DNA of 64,000 nt from Eledone cirrhosa (Eukaryota): contig OZ024741.1 of NCBI GenBank assembly GCA_964016885.1, forward strand, positions 400,706,001 to 400,770,000. The letters are read 5' to 3'. Under the pieces are notes generated by a model, which saw only the letters and a list, made by a program, of their open reading frames with translations, searched no databases and was not told the origin of the DNA. This document shows positions 44,501-59,583 of the stretch, one piece after another. A program made the translations under genes and the position numbers. Every line of letters starts with the position of its first letter. Positions within the stretch are counted from its first letter, which is position 1.

Positions 44501-45669
44501 CAGTTTTAGGGTGCAAGATATGACCAGATGTTGAAGTTGACAGTTTTAGGGTGCAAAATATGACAAGCTGTTGCAGTTGACAGTTTTAGGGTGAAAGATA
44601 TGACCAGCTATTGAAGTTGACAGTTTTAGGGTGCAAGATATGACCAGCTATTGAAGTTGATTGTTTTAGTGAGAAAGATATGACCAGCTATTGAACTTGA
44701 CAGTTTTAAGGTGCAAGATATGACCAGGTATGGAAGTTGACCGTTTTAGAGTGCAAGATATGACCAGCTATATAAGTTGACACTTTTAGGGTGAAAGATG
44801 TGACCAGCTATTACAGTTGACAGTTTTAGGGTGAAAGATATGACCAGCTATTGAAGTTGACAGTTTTAGGGTGAAAGATATGACCAGCTATTACAGTTGA
44901 CAGATTTAGGGTGCAAGATATGACCAGCTATTGAAGTTGACAGTTTTAGGGTGCAAAATATGACAATCTGTTACAGTTGACAGTTTTAGGGTGAAAGATA
45001 TAACCAGCTATTGAAGTTGACAGTTTTAGGGTGCAAGATATGACCAGCTATTGAAGTTGACAGTTTTAGGGTGCAAAATATGACAAGCTATTGATGTTGA
45101 CAGTTTTAGGGTAAAAGATATGACCAGCTATTGAAGTTGATAGTTTTAGTGCGAAAAATATGACCAGCTATTGACGTTGACAGTTTTAGTGTGATAGATA
45201 TGACCAGCTATTGAATTTGATAGTTTTAGGGTGCAAGATATGACGAGCTATTGAAGTTGAAAGTTTTAGGGTGCAAGATATGACCAGCTATATAAGTTGA
45301 CAGTTTTAGGGTGCAAGATATGACCAGCTATTGAAGTTGACACTTTTAGGGTGAAAGATGTGACCAGCTATTACAGTTGACAGTTTTAGGGTGAAAGATA
45401 TGACCAGCTATTGACGTTGACAGTTTTAGCGTGCAAGATATGACCAGCTATTGAAGTTGACAGTTTTAGTGTGCAAAATATGACAAGCTATTACAGTTTA
45501 CAGTTTTAGGGTGAAAGATATGACCAGCTATTGAAGTAGACAGTTTTAAGATGCAAGATATTACCATGTATTTAAGTTGACCGTTTTAGAGTGCAAGATA
45601 TGACCAGCTATTGAAGTTGACCGTTTTAGGGTGCAAGATGTGACCAGCTATTGAAGTTGACAGTTTTAG

Positions 45670-48600
45670 TGTGATAAATATGACCAGCTATTGACGTTGA
45701 CAGTTTTAGGGTGCAAGATATGACCAGCTATTGAAGTTAACAGTTTTAGTGTGAAAGATATGACCAGCTATTGAAGTTGATAGTTTTAGGGTGCAAGATA
45801 TGACGAGCTATTAAAGTTGAAAGTTTTAGGGTGCAAGATATGACCAGCTATTTAAGTTTACACTTTTAGGGTGAAATATATGACGAGCTATTACAGTTGA
45901 CATTTTTATTGTGAAAGATATGACCAGCTATTGAAGTTGACAGTTTTAGGGTGCAACATATGACAAGCTATTACAGATGACAGTTTTAGGGTGAAAGATA
46001 TGACCAGCTATTGAAGTTGACAGTTTTAGGGTGCAAGATATGACCAGCTATTGAAGTTGACTCTTTTAGTGTGAAAGATATGACCAGCTATTGAACTTGA
46101 CAGTTTTAAGGTGCAAGATATGACCAGGTATTGAAGTTGACAGTTTTAAGGTGCAAGCTATGACCAGGTATTGAAGTTGACCGTTTTAGGGTGCAAGATG
46201 TGACTAGCTATTTAAGTTGACAGTTTTAGTGTGCAAGATATGACCAGCTATTGAAGTTGACAGTTTTAGGGTGCAAGATATGACTAGCTATTGAAGTTGA
46301 CAGTTTTAGGTTGAAAGATATGACCAGCTATTGAAGTTGACAATTTTAGTGTGAAAAATATGACCAGCTATTGACGTTCACAGTTTTAGGTTGCAAGATA
46401 TGACGAGCTATTGAAGTTGAAAGTTTTAGGATGCAAGATATGACCAGCCATTACAGTTGACAATTTGAGGGTGAAAGATATCACCAGCTATTGAAGTTGA
46501 CTATTTTAGTGTGAAAGATATGACCAGCTATTGAACTTGACAGTTTTAAGGTGCAAGATATGACCAGGTATTGAAGTTTACAGTTTTAGGGTGCAGGATA
46601 TGACCAGGCATTGAAGTTGACTCTTTTAGTGTGAAAGATATGACAAGCTATTGAACTTGACAGTTTTAAGGTGCAAGCTATGACCACGTATTGAAATTGA
46701 CCGTTTTAGGGTGCAAGATGTGACCAGCTATTTAAGTTGACAGTTTTAGGGTGCAAGATATGACCAGCTATTGAAGTTGACAGTTTTAGTGTGCAAGATA
46801 TGACTAGCTATTGAAGTCGACACTTTTAGGGAGAAAGATATGACCAGCTATTACAGTTGACAGTTTTAGGGTGAAAGATATGACCAGCTATTGAAATTGA
46901 CAGTTTTAGGGTGAAAGATATGACCAGCTATTGAAGTTGACAGTTTTAGGGTGCAAGATATGACCAGCTATTGAAGTTGACAGATTTAGGGTGCAAAATA
47001 TGAGAAGCTGTTACAGTTGACAGTTTTAGGATGAAAGATATGACCAGCTATTGAAGTTGACAGTTTTAGGGTGCAAGATACGACCAGCTTTTGAAGTTGA
47101 CAGTTTTAGGGTGCAAAATATGACAAGCTATTGATGTTGACAGTTTTAGGGTGAAAGATATGACCAGCTATTGAAGTTGACAGTTTTAGGGTGAAAGATA
47201 TGACCAGCTGTTGAATTTGACAGTTTTAGTGTGAAAAATATGACCAGCTATTGACGTTGACAGTTTTAGGGGGCAAGATATGACCAGCTATTGAAGTTGA
47301 CAGTTTTAGTGTGAAAGATATGACCAGCTATTGAATTTGATAATTTTAGGGTGCAAGATATGACGAGCTATTGAAGTTGAAAGTTTTAGGGTGCAAGATA
47401 TGACCAGGTATTGAAGTTGACACTTTTAGGGTGAAAGATATGACCAGCTATTACAGTTGACAGTTTTAGGGTGCAAGATATGACCAGCTATTGAAGTTGA
47501 CAGTTTTAGGGTGCAAGATATGACCAGCTATTGAAGTTGACTCTTTTAGTGTGAAAGATATGACCAGCTATTGAACTTGACAGTTTTAAGGTGCAAGATA
47601 TGACCAGGTATTGAAGTTGACAGTTTTAAGGTGCAAGCTATGACCAGGTATTGAAGTTGACCGTTTTAGGGTGCAAGATGTGACCAGCTATTTAAGTTGA
47701 CAGTTTTAGTGTGCAAGATATGACCAGCTATTGAAGTTGACAGTTTTAGGGTGCAAGATATGACCAGCTATTGAAGTTGACACTTTTAGGGAGAAAGATA
47801 TGACCAGCTATTACAGTTGACAGTTTTAGGGTGACAGATATGACCAGCTATTGAAGTTGACAATTTTAGGGTGCAAGATATGACAAGCTATTGAAGTTGA
47901 CAGTTTTAGGGTGCAAAATATGACAAGCTGTTACAGTTGACAGTTTTAGGGTGAAAGATATGAACAGCTATTGAAGTTGACAGTTTTAAGGTGCAAGATA
48001 TGACCAGGTATTGAAGTTGACCGTTTTAGAGTGCAACATATGACCAGCTATTGAAGTTGACCGTTTTAGGGTGCAAGATGTGACCAGCTATTGAAGTTGA
48101 CAGTTTAAGGGTGCAAGATATGACTAGCTATTGAAGTTGACACTTTTAGGGTGAAAGATATGACCAGCTATTACAGTTGACAGTTTTAGGATGAAAGATA
48201 TGACCAGCTATTGAATTTGATAGTTTTAGGGTGCAAGATATGACCAGCTATATAAGTTGACAGTTTTAGGGTGCAAGATATGACCAGCTATTGAAGTTGA
48301 CACTTTTAGGGTGCAAAATATGACCAGCTATTGAAGTTGACCGTTTTAGGGTGCAAGATGTGACCAGCTATTGAAGTTGACAGTTTTAGGGTGCAAGATA
48401 AGACCAGCTATTGAAGTTGACTCTTTTAGTGTGAAAGATATGACCAGCTATTGAACTGGACAGTTTTAAGGTGCAAGATATGACCAGGTATTGAAGTTGA
48501 CAGTTTTAGGGTGCAAGATATGACCAGCCAATGAAGTTGACTGTTTTAGTGTGAAAGATATGACAAGCTATTGAACTTGACAGTTTTAAGGTGCAAGCTA

Positions 48601-51600
48601 TGACCAGGTATTGAAGTTGACCGTTTTAGGGTGCAACATGTGACCAGCTATTTAAGTTGACAGTTTTAGGGTGCAAGATATGACTAGCTATTGAAGTTGA
48701 CACTTTTAGGGTGAAAGATATGACCAGCTATTGAAGTTGACAGTTTTAGGGTGCAAGATATGACCAGCTATTGAAGTTGAGAGTTTTAGGGTGCAAAATA
48801 TGACAATCTGTTACAGTTGACAGTTTTAGGGTGAGAGATATGACCAGCTATTGAAGTTGACAGTTTTAGGGTGCAAGATATGACCAGCTATTGAAGTTGA
48901 CAGTTTTAGGGTGCAAAATATGACAAGCTATTGATGTTGACAGTTTAAGGGTGAAAGATATGACCAGCTATTTCATTTGACAGTTTTAGGGTAAAAGATA
49001 TGACCAGCTATTGAAGTTGACAGTTTTAGTGCGAAAAATATGACCAGCTATTGACGTTGACAGTTTTAGTGTGAAAGATATGACCAGCTATTGAATTTGA
49101 TAGTTTTAGGGTGCAAGATATGACGAGCTATTGAAGTTGAAAGTTTTAGGGTGCAAGATATGACCAGCTATATAAGTTGCCAGTTTTAGGGTGCAACATA
49201 TGACCAGCTATTGAAGTTGACACTTTTAGGATGAAAGATATGACCAGCTATTACAGTTGACAGTTTTAGGGTGAAAGATATGACCAGCTATTGAAGTTGA
49301 CAGTTTTAGGGTGCAAGATATGACCAGCTATTGAAGTTGACAGTTTTAGGGTGCAAAATATGACAAGCTATTACAGTTTACAGTTTTAGGGTGCAAGATA
49401 TGACCAGCTATTGAAGTTGACAGTTTTAAGATGCAAGATATTACCAGGTATTTAAGTTGACCGTTTTAGAGTGCAAGATATGACCAGCTATTGAAGTTGA
49501 CCGTTTTAGGGTGCAACATGTGACCAGCTATTGAAGTTGACAGTTTTAGGGTGCAAGATATGACCAGCTATTGAAGTTGACTGTTTTAGTGTGAGAGATA
49601 TGACCAGCTACTGAACTTGACAGTTTTAAGGTGCAAGATATGACCAGGTATTGAAGTTGACCGTTTTAGGGTGCAAGATATGACCAGCTATTGAAATTGC
49701 TAGTTTTAGGGTGCAAGATATGACTAGCTATTGAAGTTGACACTTTAAGGGAGAAAGATATGACCAGCTATTACAGTTGACAGTTTTATTGTGAAAGATA
49801 TGACCAGCTATTGAAATTGACAGTTTTAGGGTGCAAGATATGACCAGCTATTGAAGTTGCCAGTTTTAGGGTGCAAAATATGACAAGCTGTTACAGTTGA
49901 CAGTTTTAGGGTGAAAGATATGACCAGCTATCGAAGTTGACAATTTTAGGGTGCAAGATATGACCAGCTCTTGAAGTTGACAGTTTTAGGGTGCAAAATA
50001 TGACAAGCTATTGATGTTGACAGTTTTAGGGTGCAAGATATGACCAGCTATTGAAGTTAACAGTTTTAGTGTGAAAGATATGACCAGCTATTGAAGTTGA
50101 TAGTTTTAGGGTGCAAGATATGACGAGCTATTAAAGTTGAAAGTTTTAGGGTGCAAGATATGACCAGCTATTTAAGTTTACACTTTTAGGGTGAAATATA
50201 TGACGAGCTATTACAGTTGACATTTTTATTGTGAAAGATATGACCGGCTATTGAAGTTGACAGTTTTAGGGTGCAAAATATGACAAGCTATTACAGATGA
50301 CAGTTTTAGGGTGAAAGATATGACCAGCTATTGAAGTTGACAGTTTTAGGGTGCAAGATATGACCAGCTATTGAAGTTGACAGTTTTAGGGTGCAAAATA
50401 TGACAAGCTATTGAAGTTGACAGTTTTAGGTTGAAAGATATGACCAGCTATTGAAGTTGACAGTTTTAGTGTGAAAAATATGACCAGCTATTGACGTTCA
50501 CAGTTTTAGGTTGCAAGATATGACGAGCTATTGAAGTTGAAAGTTTTAGGATGCAAGATATGACCAGCCATTACAGTTGACAGTTTTAGGGTGAAAGATA
50601 TCACCAGCTATTGAAGTTGACAGTTTTAGGGTGCAAGATGTGACCAGCTATTGAAGTTGACAGTTTTAGGGTGCAAGATATGACCAGCTATTGAAGTTGA
50701 CTATTTTAGTGTGAAAGATATGACCAGCTATTGAACTTGACAGTTTTAAGGTGCAAGATATGACCAGGTATTGAAGTTTACAGTTTTAGGGTGCAGGATA
50801 TGACCAGCCATTGAAGTTGACTGTTTTAGTGTGAAAGATATGACAAGCTATTGAACTTGACAGTTTTAAGGTGCAAGCTATGACCACGTATTGAAATTGA
50901 CCGTTTTAGGGTGCAAGATGTGACCAGCTATTTAAGTTGACAGTTTTAGGGTGCAAGATATGACCAGCTATTGAAGTTGACAGTTTTAGTGTGCAAGATA
51001 TGACTAGCTATTGAAGTTGACACTTTTAGGGAGAAAGATATGACCAGCTATTACAGTTGACAGTTTTAGAGTGAAAGATATGACCAGCTATTGAAATTGA
51101 CAGTTTTAGGGTGAAAGATATGACCAGCTATTGAAGTTGACAGTTTTAGGGTGCAAGATATGACCAGCTATTGAAGTTGACAGATTTAGGGTGCAAAATA
51201 TGACAAGCTGTTACAGTTGACAGTTTTAGGATCAAAGATATGACCAGCTATTGAAGTTGACAGTTTTAGGGTGCAAGATACGACCAGCTTTTGAAGTTGA
51301 CAGTTTTAGGGTGCAAAATATGACAAGCTATTGATGTTGACAGTTTTAGGGTGAAAGATATGACCAGCTATTTCAGTTGACAGTTTTAGTGTGAAAGATA
51401 TGACCAGCTGTTGAATTTGACAGTTTCAGTGTGAAAAATATGACCAGCTATTGACGTTGACAGTTTTAGGGGCCAAGATATGACCAGCTATTGAAGTTGA
51501 CAGTTTTAGTGTGAAAGATATGACCAGCTATTGAATTTGATAGTTTTAGGGTGCAAGATATGACGAGCTATTGAAGTTGAAAGTTTTAGGGTGCAAGATA

Positions 51601-54600
51601 TGACCAGCTATTGAAGTTGACACGTTTAGGGTGAAAGATATGTCCAGCTATTACAGTTGACAGTTTTAGGGTGCAAGATATGAAACAGCTATTGAATTTG
51701 ACAGTTTTAGGGTGCAAAATATGACCAGCTATTGAAGTTGACCGTTTTAGGGTGCAAGATGTGACCAGCTATTGAAGTTGACAGTTTTAGGGTGCAACAT
51801 ATGACCAGCTATTGAAGATGACTCTTTTAGTGTGCAAGATATGACCAGCAATTGAACTTGACAGTTTTAAGGTGCAAGATATGCCCAGGTATTGAAGTTG
51901 ACAGTTTTAAGGTGCAAGCTATGACCAGGTATTGAAGTTGACCGTTTTAGGGTGCAAGATGTGACCAGCTATTTAAGTTGACAGTTTTAGGGTGCAAGAT
52001 ATGACCAGCTATTGAAGTTGACAGTTTTAGGGTGCAAGATATGACTAGCTATTGAAGTTGACACTTTTAAGGAGAAAGATATGACCAGCTATTACAGTTG
52101 ACAGTTTTAGGGTGACAGATATGACCAGCTATTGAAGTTGACACTTTTAGGGTGCAAGATATGACAAGCTATTGAAGTTGACAGTTTTAGGGTGCAAGAT
52201 ATGACCAGCTATATAAGTTGACAGTTTTAGGGTGCAAGATATGACCAGCTATTGAAGTTGACACTTTTAGGGTGCAAAATATGACCAGCTATTGAAGTTG
52301 ACCGTTTTAGGGTGCAAGATGTGACCAGCTATTGAAGTTGACAGTTTTAGGGTGCAAGATATGACCAGCTATTGAAGTTGACTATTTTAGTGTGAAAGAT
52401 ATGACCAGCTAGTGAACTTGACAGTTTTAAGGTGCAAGATATGACCAGGTATTGAAGTTGACAGTTTTAGGGTGCAAGATATGACCAGCCATTGAAGTTG
52501 ACTGTTTTAGTGTGAAAGATATGACAAGCTATTGAACTTGACAGTTTTAAGGTGCAAGCTATGACCAGGTATTGAAGTTGACCGTTTTAGGGTGCAACAT
52601 GTGACCAGCTATTTAAGTTGACAGTTTTAGGGTGCAAGATATGACCAGCTATTGAAGTTGTCAGTTTTAGGGTGCAAGATATGACTAGCTATTGAAGTTG
52701 ACACTTTTAGGGTGAAAGATATGACCAGCTATTGAAGTTGACAGTTTTAGGGTGCAAGATATGACCAGCTATTGAAGTTGAGAGTTTTAGGGTGCAAAAT
52801 ATGACAATCTGTTACAGTTGACAGTTTTAGGGTGAGAGATATGACCAGCTATTGAAGTTGACAGTTTTAGGGTGCAAGATATGACCAGCTATTGAAGTTG
52901 ACAGTTTTAGGGTGCAAAATATGACAAGCTATTGATGTTGACAGTTTAAGGGTGAAAGATATGACCAGCTATTTCATTTGACAGTTTTAGGGTAAAAGAT
53001 ATGACCAGCTATTGAAGTTGACAGTTTTAGTGCGAAAAATAGGACCAGCTATTGACGTTGACAGTTTTAGTGTGAAAGATATGACCAGCTATTGAATTTG
53101 ATAGTTTTAGGGTGCAAGATATGACGAGCTATTGAAGTTGAAAGTTTTAGGGTGCAAGATATGACCAGCTATATAAGTTGCCAGTTTTAGGGTGCAACAT
53201 ATGACCAGCTATTGAAGTTGACACTTTTAGGATGAAAGATATGACCAGCTATTACAGTTGACAGTTTTAGGGTGAAAGATATGACCAGCTATTGAAGTTG
53301 ACAGTTTTAGGGTGCAAGATATGACCAGCTATTGAAGTTGACAGTTTTAGGGTGCAAAATATGACAAGCTATTACAGTTTACAGTTTTAGGGTGCAGGAT
53401 ATGACCAGCTATTGAAGTTGACAGTTTTAAGATGCAAGATATTACCAGGTATTTTAAGTTGACCGTTTTAGAGTGCAAGATATGACCAGCTATTGAAGTT
53501 GACCGTTTTAGGGTGCAACATGTGACCAGCTATTGAAGTTGACAGTTTTAGGGTGCAAGATATGACCAGCTATTGAAGTTGACTGTTTTAGTGTGAGAGA
53601 TATGACCAGCTACTGAACTTGACAGTTTTAAGGTGCAAGATATGACCAGGTATTGAAGTTGACACTTTAAGGGAGAAAGATATGACCAGCTATTAGAGTT
53701 GACAGTTTTATTGTGAAAGATATGAACGGCTATTGAAATTGACAGTTTTAGGGTGCAAGATATGACCAGCTATTGAAGTTGCCAGTTTTAGGGTGCAAAA
53801 TATGACAAGCTGTTACAGTTGACAGTTTTAGGGTGAAAGATATGACCAGCTATCGAAGTTGACAATTTTAGGGGGCAAGATATGACCAGCTCTTGAAGTT
53901 GACAGTTTTAGGGTGCAAAATATGACAAGCTATTGATGTTGACAGTTTTAGGGTGAAAGATATGACCAGCTATTGAAGTTCACAGTTTTAGTGTGATAAA
54001 TATGACCAGCTATTGACGTTGACAGTTTTAGGGTGCAAGATATGACCAGCTATTGAAGTTAACAGTTTTAGTGTGAAAGATATGACCAGCTATTGAAGTT
54101 GATAGTTTTAGGGTGCAAGATATGACGAGCTATTAAAGTTGAAAGTTTTAGGGTGCAAGATATGACCAGCTATTTAAGTTTACACTTTTAGGGTGAAATA
54201 TATGACGAGCTATTACAGTTGATATTTTTATTGTGAAAGATATGACCGGCTATTGAAGTTGACAGTTTTAGGGTGCAAAATATGACAAGCTATTACAGAT
54301 GACAGTTTTAGGGTGAAAGATATGACCAGCTATTGAAGTTGACAGTTTTAGGGTGCAAGATATGACCAGCTATTGAAGTTGACAGTTTTAGGGTGCAAAA
54401 TATGACAATCTATTGAAGTTGACAGTTTTAGGTTGAAAGATATGACCAGCTATTGAAGTTGACAGTTTTAGTGTGAAAAATATGACCAGCTATTGACGTT
54501 CACAGTTTTAGGTTGCAAGATATGACGAGCTATTGAAGTTGAAAGTTTTAGGATGCAAGATATGACCAGCCATTACAGTTGACAGTTTTAGGGTGAAAGA

Positions 54601-57600
54601 TATCACCAGCTATTGAAGTTGACAGTTTTAGGGTGCAAGATGTGACCAGCTATTGAAGTTGACAGTTTTAGGGTGCAAGATATGACCAGCTATTGAAGGT
54701 GACTATTTTAGTGTGAAAGATATGACCAGCTATTGAACTTGACAGTTTTAAGGTGCAAGATATGACCAGGTATTGAAGTTTACAGTTTTAGGGTGCAGGA
54801 TATGACCAGCCATTGAAGTTGACTGTTTTAGTGTGAAAGATATGACAAGCTATTGAACTTGACAGTTTTAAGGTGCAGGCTATGACCACGTATTGAAATT
54901 GACCGTTTTAGGGTGCAAGATGTGACCAGCTATTTAAGTTGACAGTTTTAGGGTGCAAGATATGACCAGCTATTGAAGTTGACAGTTTTAGGGTGCAAGA
55001 TATGACCAGCTATTGAAGTTGACTGTTTTAGTGTGAGAGATATGACCAGCTACTGAACTTGACAGTTTTAAGGTGCAAGATATGACCAGGTATTGAAATT
55101 GACAGTTTTAGGGTGCAAGATATGACCAGCTATTGAAGTTGCCAGTTTTAGGGTGCAAAATATGACAAGCTGTTACAGTTGACAGTTTTAGGGTGAAAGA
55201 TATGACCAGCTATCGAAGTTGACAATTTTAGGGTGCAAGATATGACCAGCTCTTGAAGTTGACAGTTTTAGGGTGCAAAATATGACAAGCTATTGATGTT
55301 GACAGTTTTAGGGTGAAAGATATGACCAGCTATTGAAGTTCACAGTTTTAGTGTGATAAATATGACCAGCTATTGACGTTGACAGTTTTAGGGTGCAAGA
55401 TATGACCAGCTATTGAAGTTAACAGTTTTAGTGTGAAAGATATGACCAGCTATTGAAGTTGATAGTTTTAGGGTGCAAGATATGACGAGCTATTAAAGTT
55501 GAAAGTTTTAGGGTGCAAGATATGACCAGCTATTTAAGTTTACACTTTTAGGGTGAAATATATGACGAGCTATTACAGTTGACATTTTTATTGTGAAAGA
55601 TATGACCGGCTATTGAAGTTGACAGTTTTAGGGTGCAAAATATGACAAGCTATTACAGATGACAGTTTTAGGGTGAAAGATATGACCAGCTATTGAAGTT
55701 GACAGTTTTAGGGTGCAAGATATGACCAGCTATTGAAGTTGACAGTTTTAGGGTGCAAAATATGACAATCTATTGAAGTTGACAGTTTTAGGTTGAAAGA
55801 TATGACCAGCTATTGAAGTTGACAGTTTTAGTGTGAAAAATATGACCAGCTATTGACGTTCACAGTTTTAGGTTGCAAGATATGACGAGCTATTGAAGTT
55901 GAAAGTTTTAGGATGCAAGATATGACCAGCCATTACAGTTGACAGTTTTAGGGTGAAAGATATCACCAGCTATTGAAGTTGACAGTTTTAGGGTGCAAGA
56001 TGTGACCAGCTATTGAAGTTGACAGTTTTAGGGTGCAAGATATGACCAGCTATTGAAGTTGACTATTTTAGTGTGAAAGATATGACCAGCTATTGAACTT
56101 GACAGTTTTAAGGTGCAAGATATGACCAGGTATTGAAGTTTACAGTTTTAGGGTGCAGGATATGACCAGCCATTGAAGTTGACTATTTTAGTGTGAAAGA
56201 TATGACAAGCTATTGAACTTGACAGTTTTAAGGTGCAGGCTATGACCACGTATTGAAATTGACCGTTTTAGGGTGCAAGATGTGACCAGCTATTTAAGTT
56301 GACAGTTTTAGGGTGCAAGATATGACCAGCTATTGAAGTTGACAGTTTTAGTGTGCAAGATATGACTAGCTATTGAAGTTGACACTTTTAGGGAGAAAGA
56401 TATGACCAGCTATTACAGTTGACAGTTTTAGAGTGAAAGATATGACCAGCTATTGAAATTGACAGTTTTAGGGTGAAAGATATGACCAGCTATTGAAGTT
56501 GACAGTTTTAGGGTGCAAGATATGACCAGCTATTGAAGTTGACAGATTTAGGGTGCAAAATATGACAAGCTGTTACAGTTGACAGTTTTAGGATCAAAGA
56601 TATGACCAGCTATTGAAGTTGACAGTTTTAGGGTGCAAGATACGACCAGCTTTTGAAGTTGACAGTTTTAGGGTGCAAAATATGACAAGCTATTGATGTT
56701 GACAGTTTTAGGGTGAAAGATATGACCAGCTATTTCAGTTGACAGTTTTAGTGTGAAAGATATGACCAGCTGTTGAATTTGACAGTTTCAGTGTGAAAAA
56801 TATGACCAGCTATTGACGTTGACAGTTTTAGGGGGCAAGATATGACCAGCTATTGAAGTTGACAGTTTTAGTGTGAAAGATATGACCAGCTATTGAATTT
56901 GATAGTTTTAGGGTGCAAGATATGACGAGCTATTGAAGTTGAAAGTTTTAGGGTGAAAGATATGACCAGCTATTACAGTTGACAGTTTTAGGGTGCAAGA
57001 TATGAAACGGCTATTGAATTTGACAGTTTTAGGGTGCAAAATATGACCAGCTATTGAAGTTGACCGTTTTAGGGTGCAAGATGTGACCAGCTATTGAAGT
57101 TGACAGTTTTAGGGTGCAACATATGACCAGCTATTGAAGATGACTCTTTTAGTGTGAAAGATATGACCAGCTATTGAACTTGACAGTTTTAAGGTGCAAG
57201 ATATGACCAGGTATTGAAGTTGACAGTTTTAAGGTGCAAGCTATGACCAGGTATTGAAGTTGACCGTTTTAGGGTGCAAGATGTGACCAGCTATTTAAGT
57301 TGACAGCTTTAGGGTGCAAGATATGACCAGCTATTGAAGTTGACAGTTTTAGGGTGCAAGATATGACTAGCTATTGAAGTTGACACTTTTAGGGAGAAAG
57401 ATATGACCAGCTATTACAGTTGACAGTTTTAGGGTGACAGATATGACCAGCTATTGAAGTTGACAATTTTAGGGTGCAAGATATGACAAGCTATTGAAGT
57501 TGACAGTTTTAGGGTGAAAAATATGACAAGCTGTTACAGTTGACAGTTTTAAGGTGCAAGATATGACCAGGTATTGAAGTTGACCGTTTTAGAGTGCAAC

Positions 57601-58980
57601 ATATGACCAGCTATTGAAGTTGACCGTTTTAGGGTGCAAGATGTGACCAGCTATTGAAGTTGACAGTTTAAGGGTGCAAGATATGACTAGCTATTGAAGT
57701 TGACACTTTTAGGGTGAAAGATATGACCAGCTATTACAGTTGACAGTTTTAGGATGAAAGATATGACCAGCTATTGAATTTGATAGTTTTAGGGTGGAAG
57801 ATATGACGAGCTATTGAAGTTGACAGTTTTAGGGTGCAAGATATGACCAGCTATATAAGTTGACAGTTTTAGGGTGCAAGATATGACCAGCTATTGAAGT
57901 TAACACTTTTAGGGTGCAAAATATGACCAGCTATTGAAGTTGACCGTTTTAGGGTGCAAGATGTGACCAGCTATTGAAGTTGACAGTTTTAGGGTGCAAG
58001 ATATGACCAGCTATTGAAGTTGACTATTTTAGTGTGAAAGATATGACCAGCTATTGAACTTGACAGTTTTAAGGTGCAAGATATGACCAGGTATTGAAGT
58101 TGACAGTTTTAGGGTGCAAGATATGACCAGCCATTGAAGTTGACTGTTTTAGTGTGAAAGATATGACAAGCTATTGAACTTGACAGTTTTAAGGTGCAAG
58201 CTATGACCAGGTATTGAAGTTGACCGTTTTAGGGTGCAACATGTGACCAGCTTTTTAAGTTGACAGTTTTAGGGTGCAAGATATGACCAGCTATTGAAGT
58301 TGACAGTTTTAGGGTGCAAGATATGACTAGCTATTGAAGTTGACACTTTTAGGGTGAAAGATATGACCAGCTATTGAAGTTGACAGTTTTAGGGTGCAAA
58401 ATATGACAATCTGTTACAGTTGACAGTTTTAGGGTGAGAGATATGACCAGCTATTGAAGTTGACAGTTTTAGGGTGCAAGATATGACCAGCTATTGAAGT
58501 TGACAGTTTTAGGGTGCAAAATATGACAAGCTATTGATGTTGACAGTTTAAGGGTGAAAGATATGACCAGCTATTTCATTTGACAGTTTTAGGGTAAAAG
58601 ATATGACCAGCTATTGAAGTTGACAGTTTTAGTGCGAAAAATATGACCAGCTATTGACGTTGACAGTTTTAGTGTGAAAGATATGACCAGCTATTGAAGT
58701 TGACAGTTTTAGGGTGCAAAATATGACGAGCTATATAAGTTGCCAGTTTTAGGGTGCAACATATGACCAGCTATTGAAGTTGACACTTTTAGGATGAAAG
58801 ATATGACCAGCTATTACAGTTGACACTTTTAGGGTGAAAGATATGACCAGCTATTGAAGTTGACAGTTTTAGGGTGCAAGATATGACCAGCTATTGAAGT
58901 TGACAGTTTTAGGGTGCAAAATATGACAAGCTATTACAGTTTACAGTTTTAGGGTGAAAGATATGACCAGCTATTGAAGT
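45670..58980 (+). repeat. Three imperfect tandem copies of a ~4.0-4.3-kb block, the third preceded by an extra 1360-bp duplication
   Basis: TTACAGATGAC 45971/50291/54293/55653; CGACCAGCTTTTG 47081/51281/56643; TTTCATTTGAC 48971/52972/58574; TATCGAAG 49929/53851/55211 (last pair +1360 = 34 monomers). Confidence 0.82.
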
Positions 58981-59583
58981 TGACAGTTTTAGGGTGCAAG
59001 ATGTGACCAGCTATTGAAGTTGACAGTTTTATGGTGCAAGTTATGACCAGCTATTGAAGTTGACTATTTTAGTGTGAAAGATATGACCAGCTATTGAAGT
59101 TGACAGTTTTAAGGTGCAAGATATGACCAGGTATTGAAGTTGACCGTTTTAGGGTGCAAGATATGACGAGCTATATAAGTTGCCAGTTTTAGGGTGCAAC
59201 ATATGACCAGCTATTGAAGTTGACACTTTTAGGATGAAAGATATGACCAGCTATTACAGTTGACACTTTTAGGGTGAAAGATATGACCAGCTATTGAAGT
59301 TGACAGTTTTAGGGTGCAAGATATGACCAGCTATTGAAGTTGACAGTTTTAGGGTGCAAAATATGACAAGCTATTACAGTTTACAGTTTTAGGGTGAAAG
59401 ATATGACCAGCTATTGAAGTTGACAGTTTTAGGGTGCAAGATGTGACCAGCTATTGAAGTTGACAGTTTTATGGTGCAAGTTATGACCAGCTATTGAAGT
59501 TGACTATTTTAGTGTGAAAGATATGACCAGCTATTGAAGTTGACAGTTTTAAGGTGCAAGATATGACCAGGTATTGAAGTTGA
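58721..59583 (+). repeat. Local tandem duplication of 440 bp (11 monomers)
   Basis: GACGAGCTATATAAGTTGCC unit at 58721/59161 and ATGGTGCAAGTTATG at 59031/59471, both +440. Confidence 0.88.
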
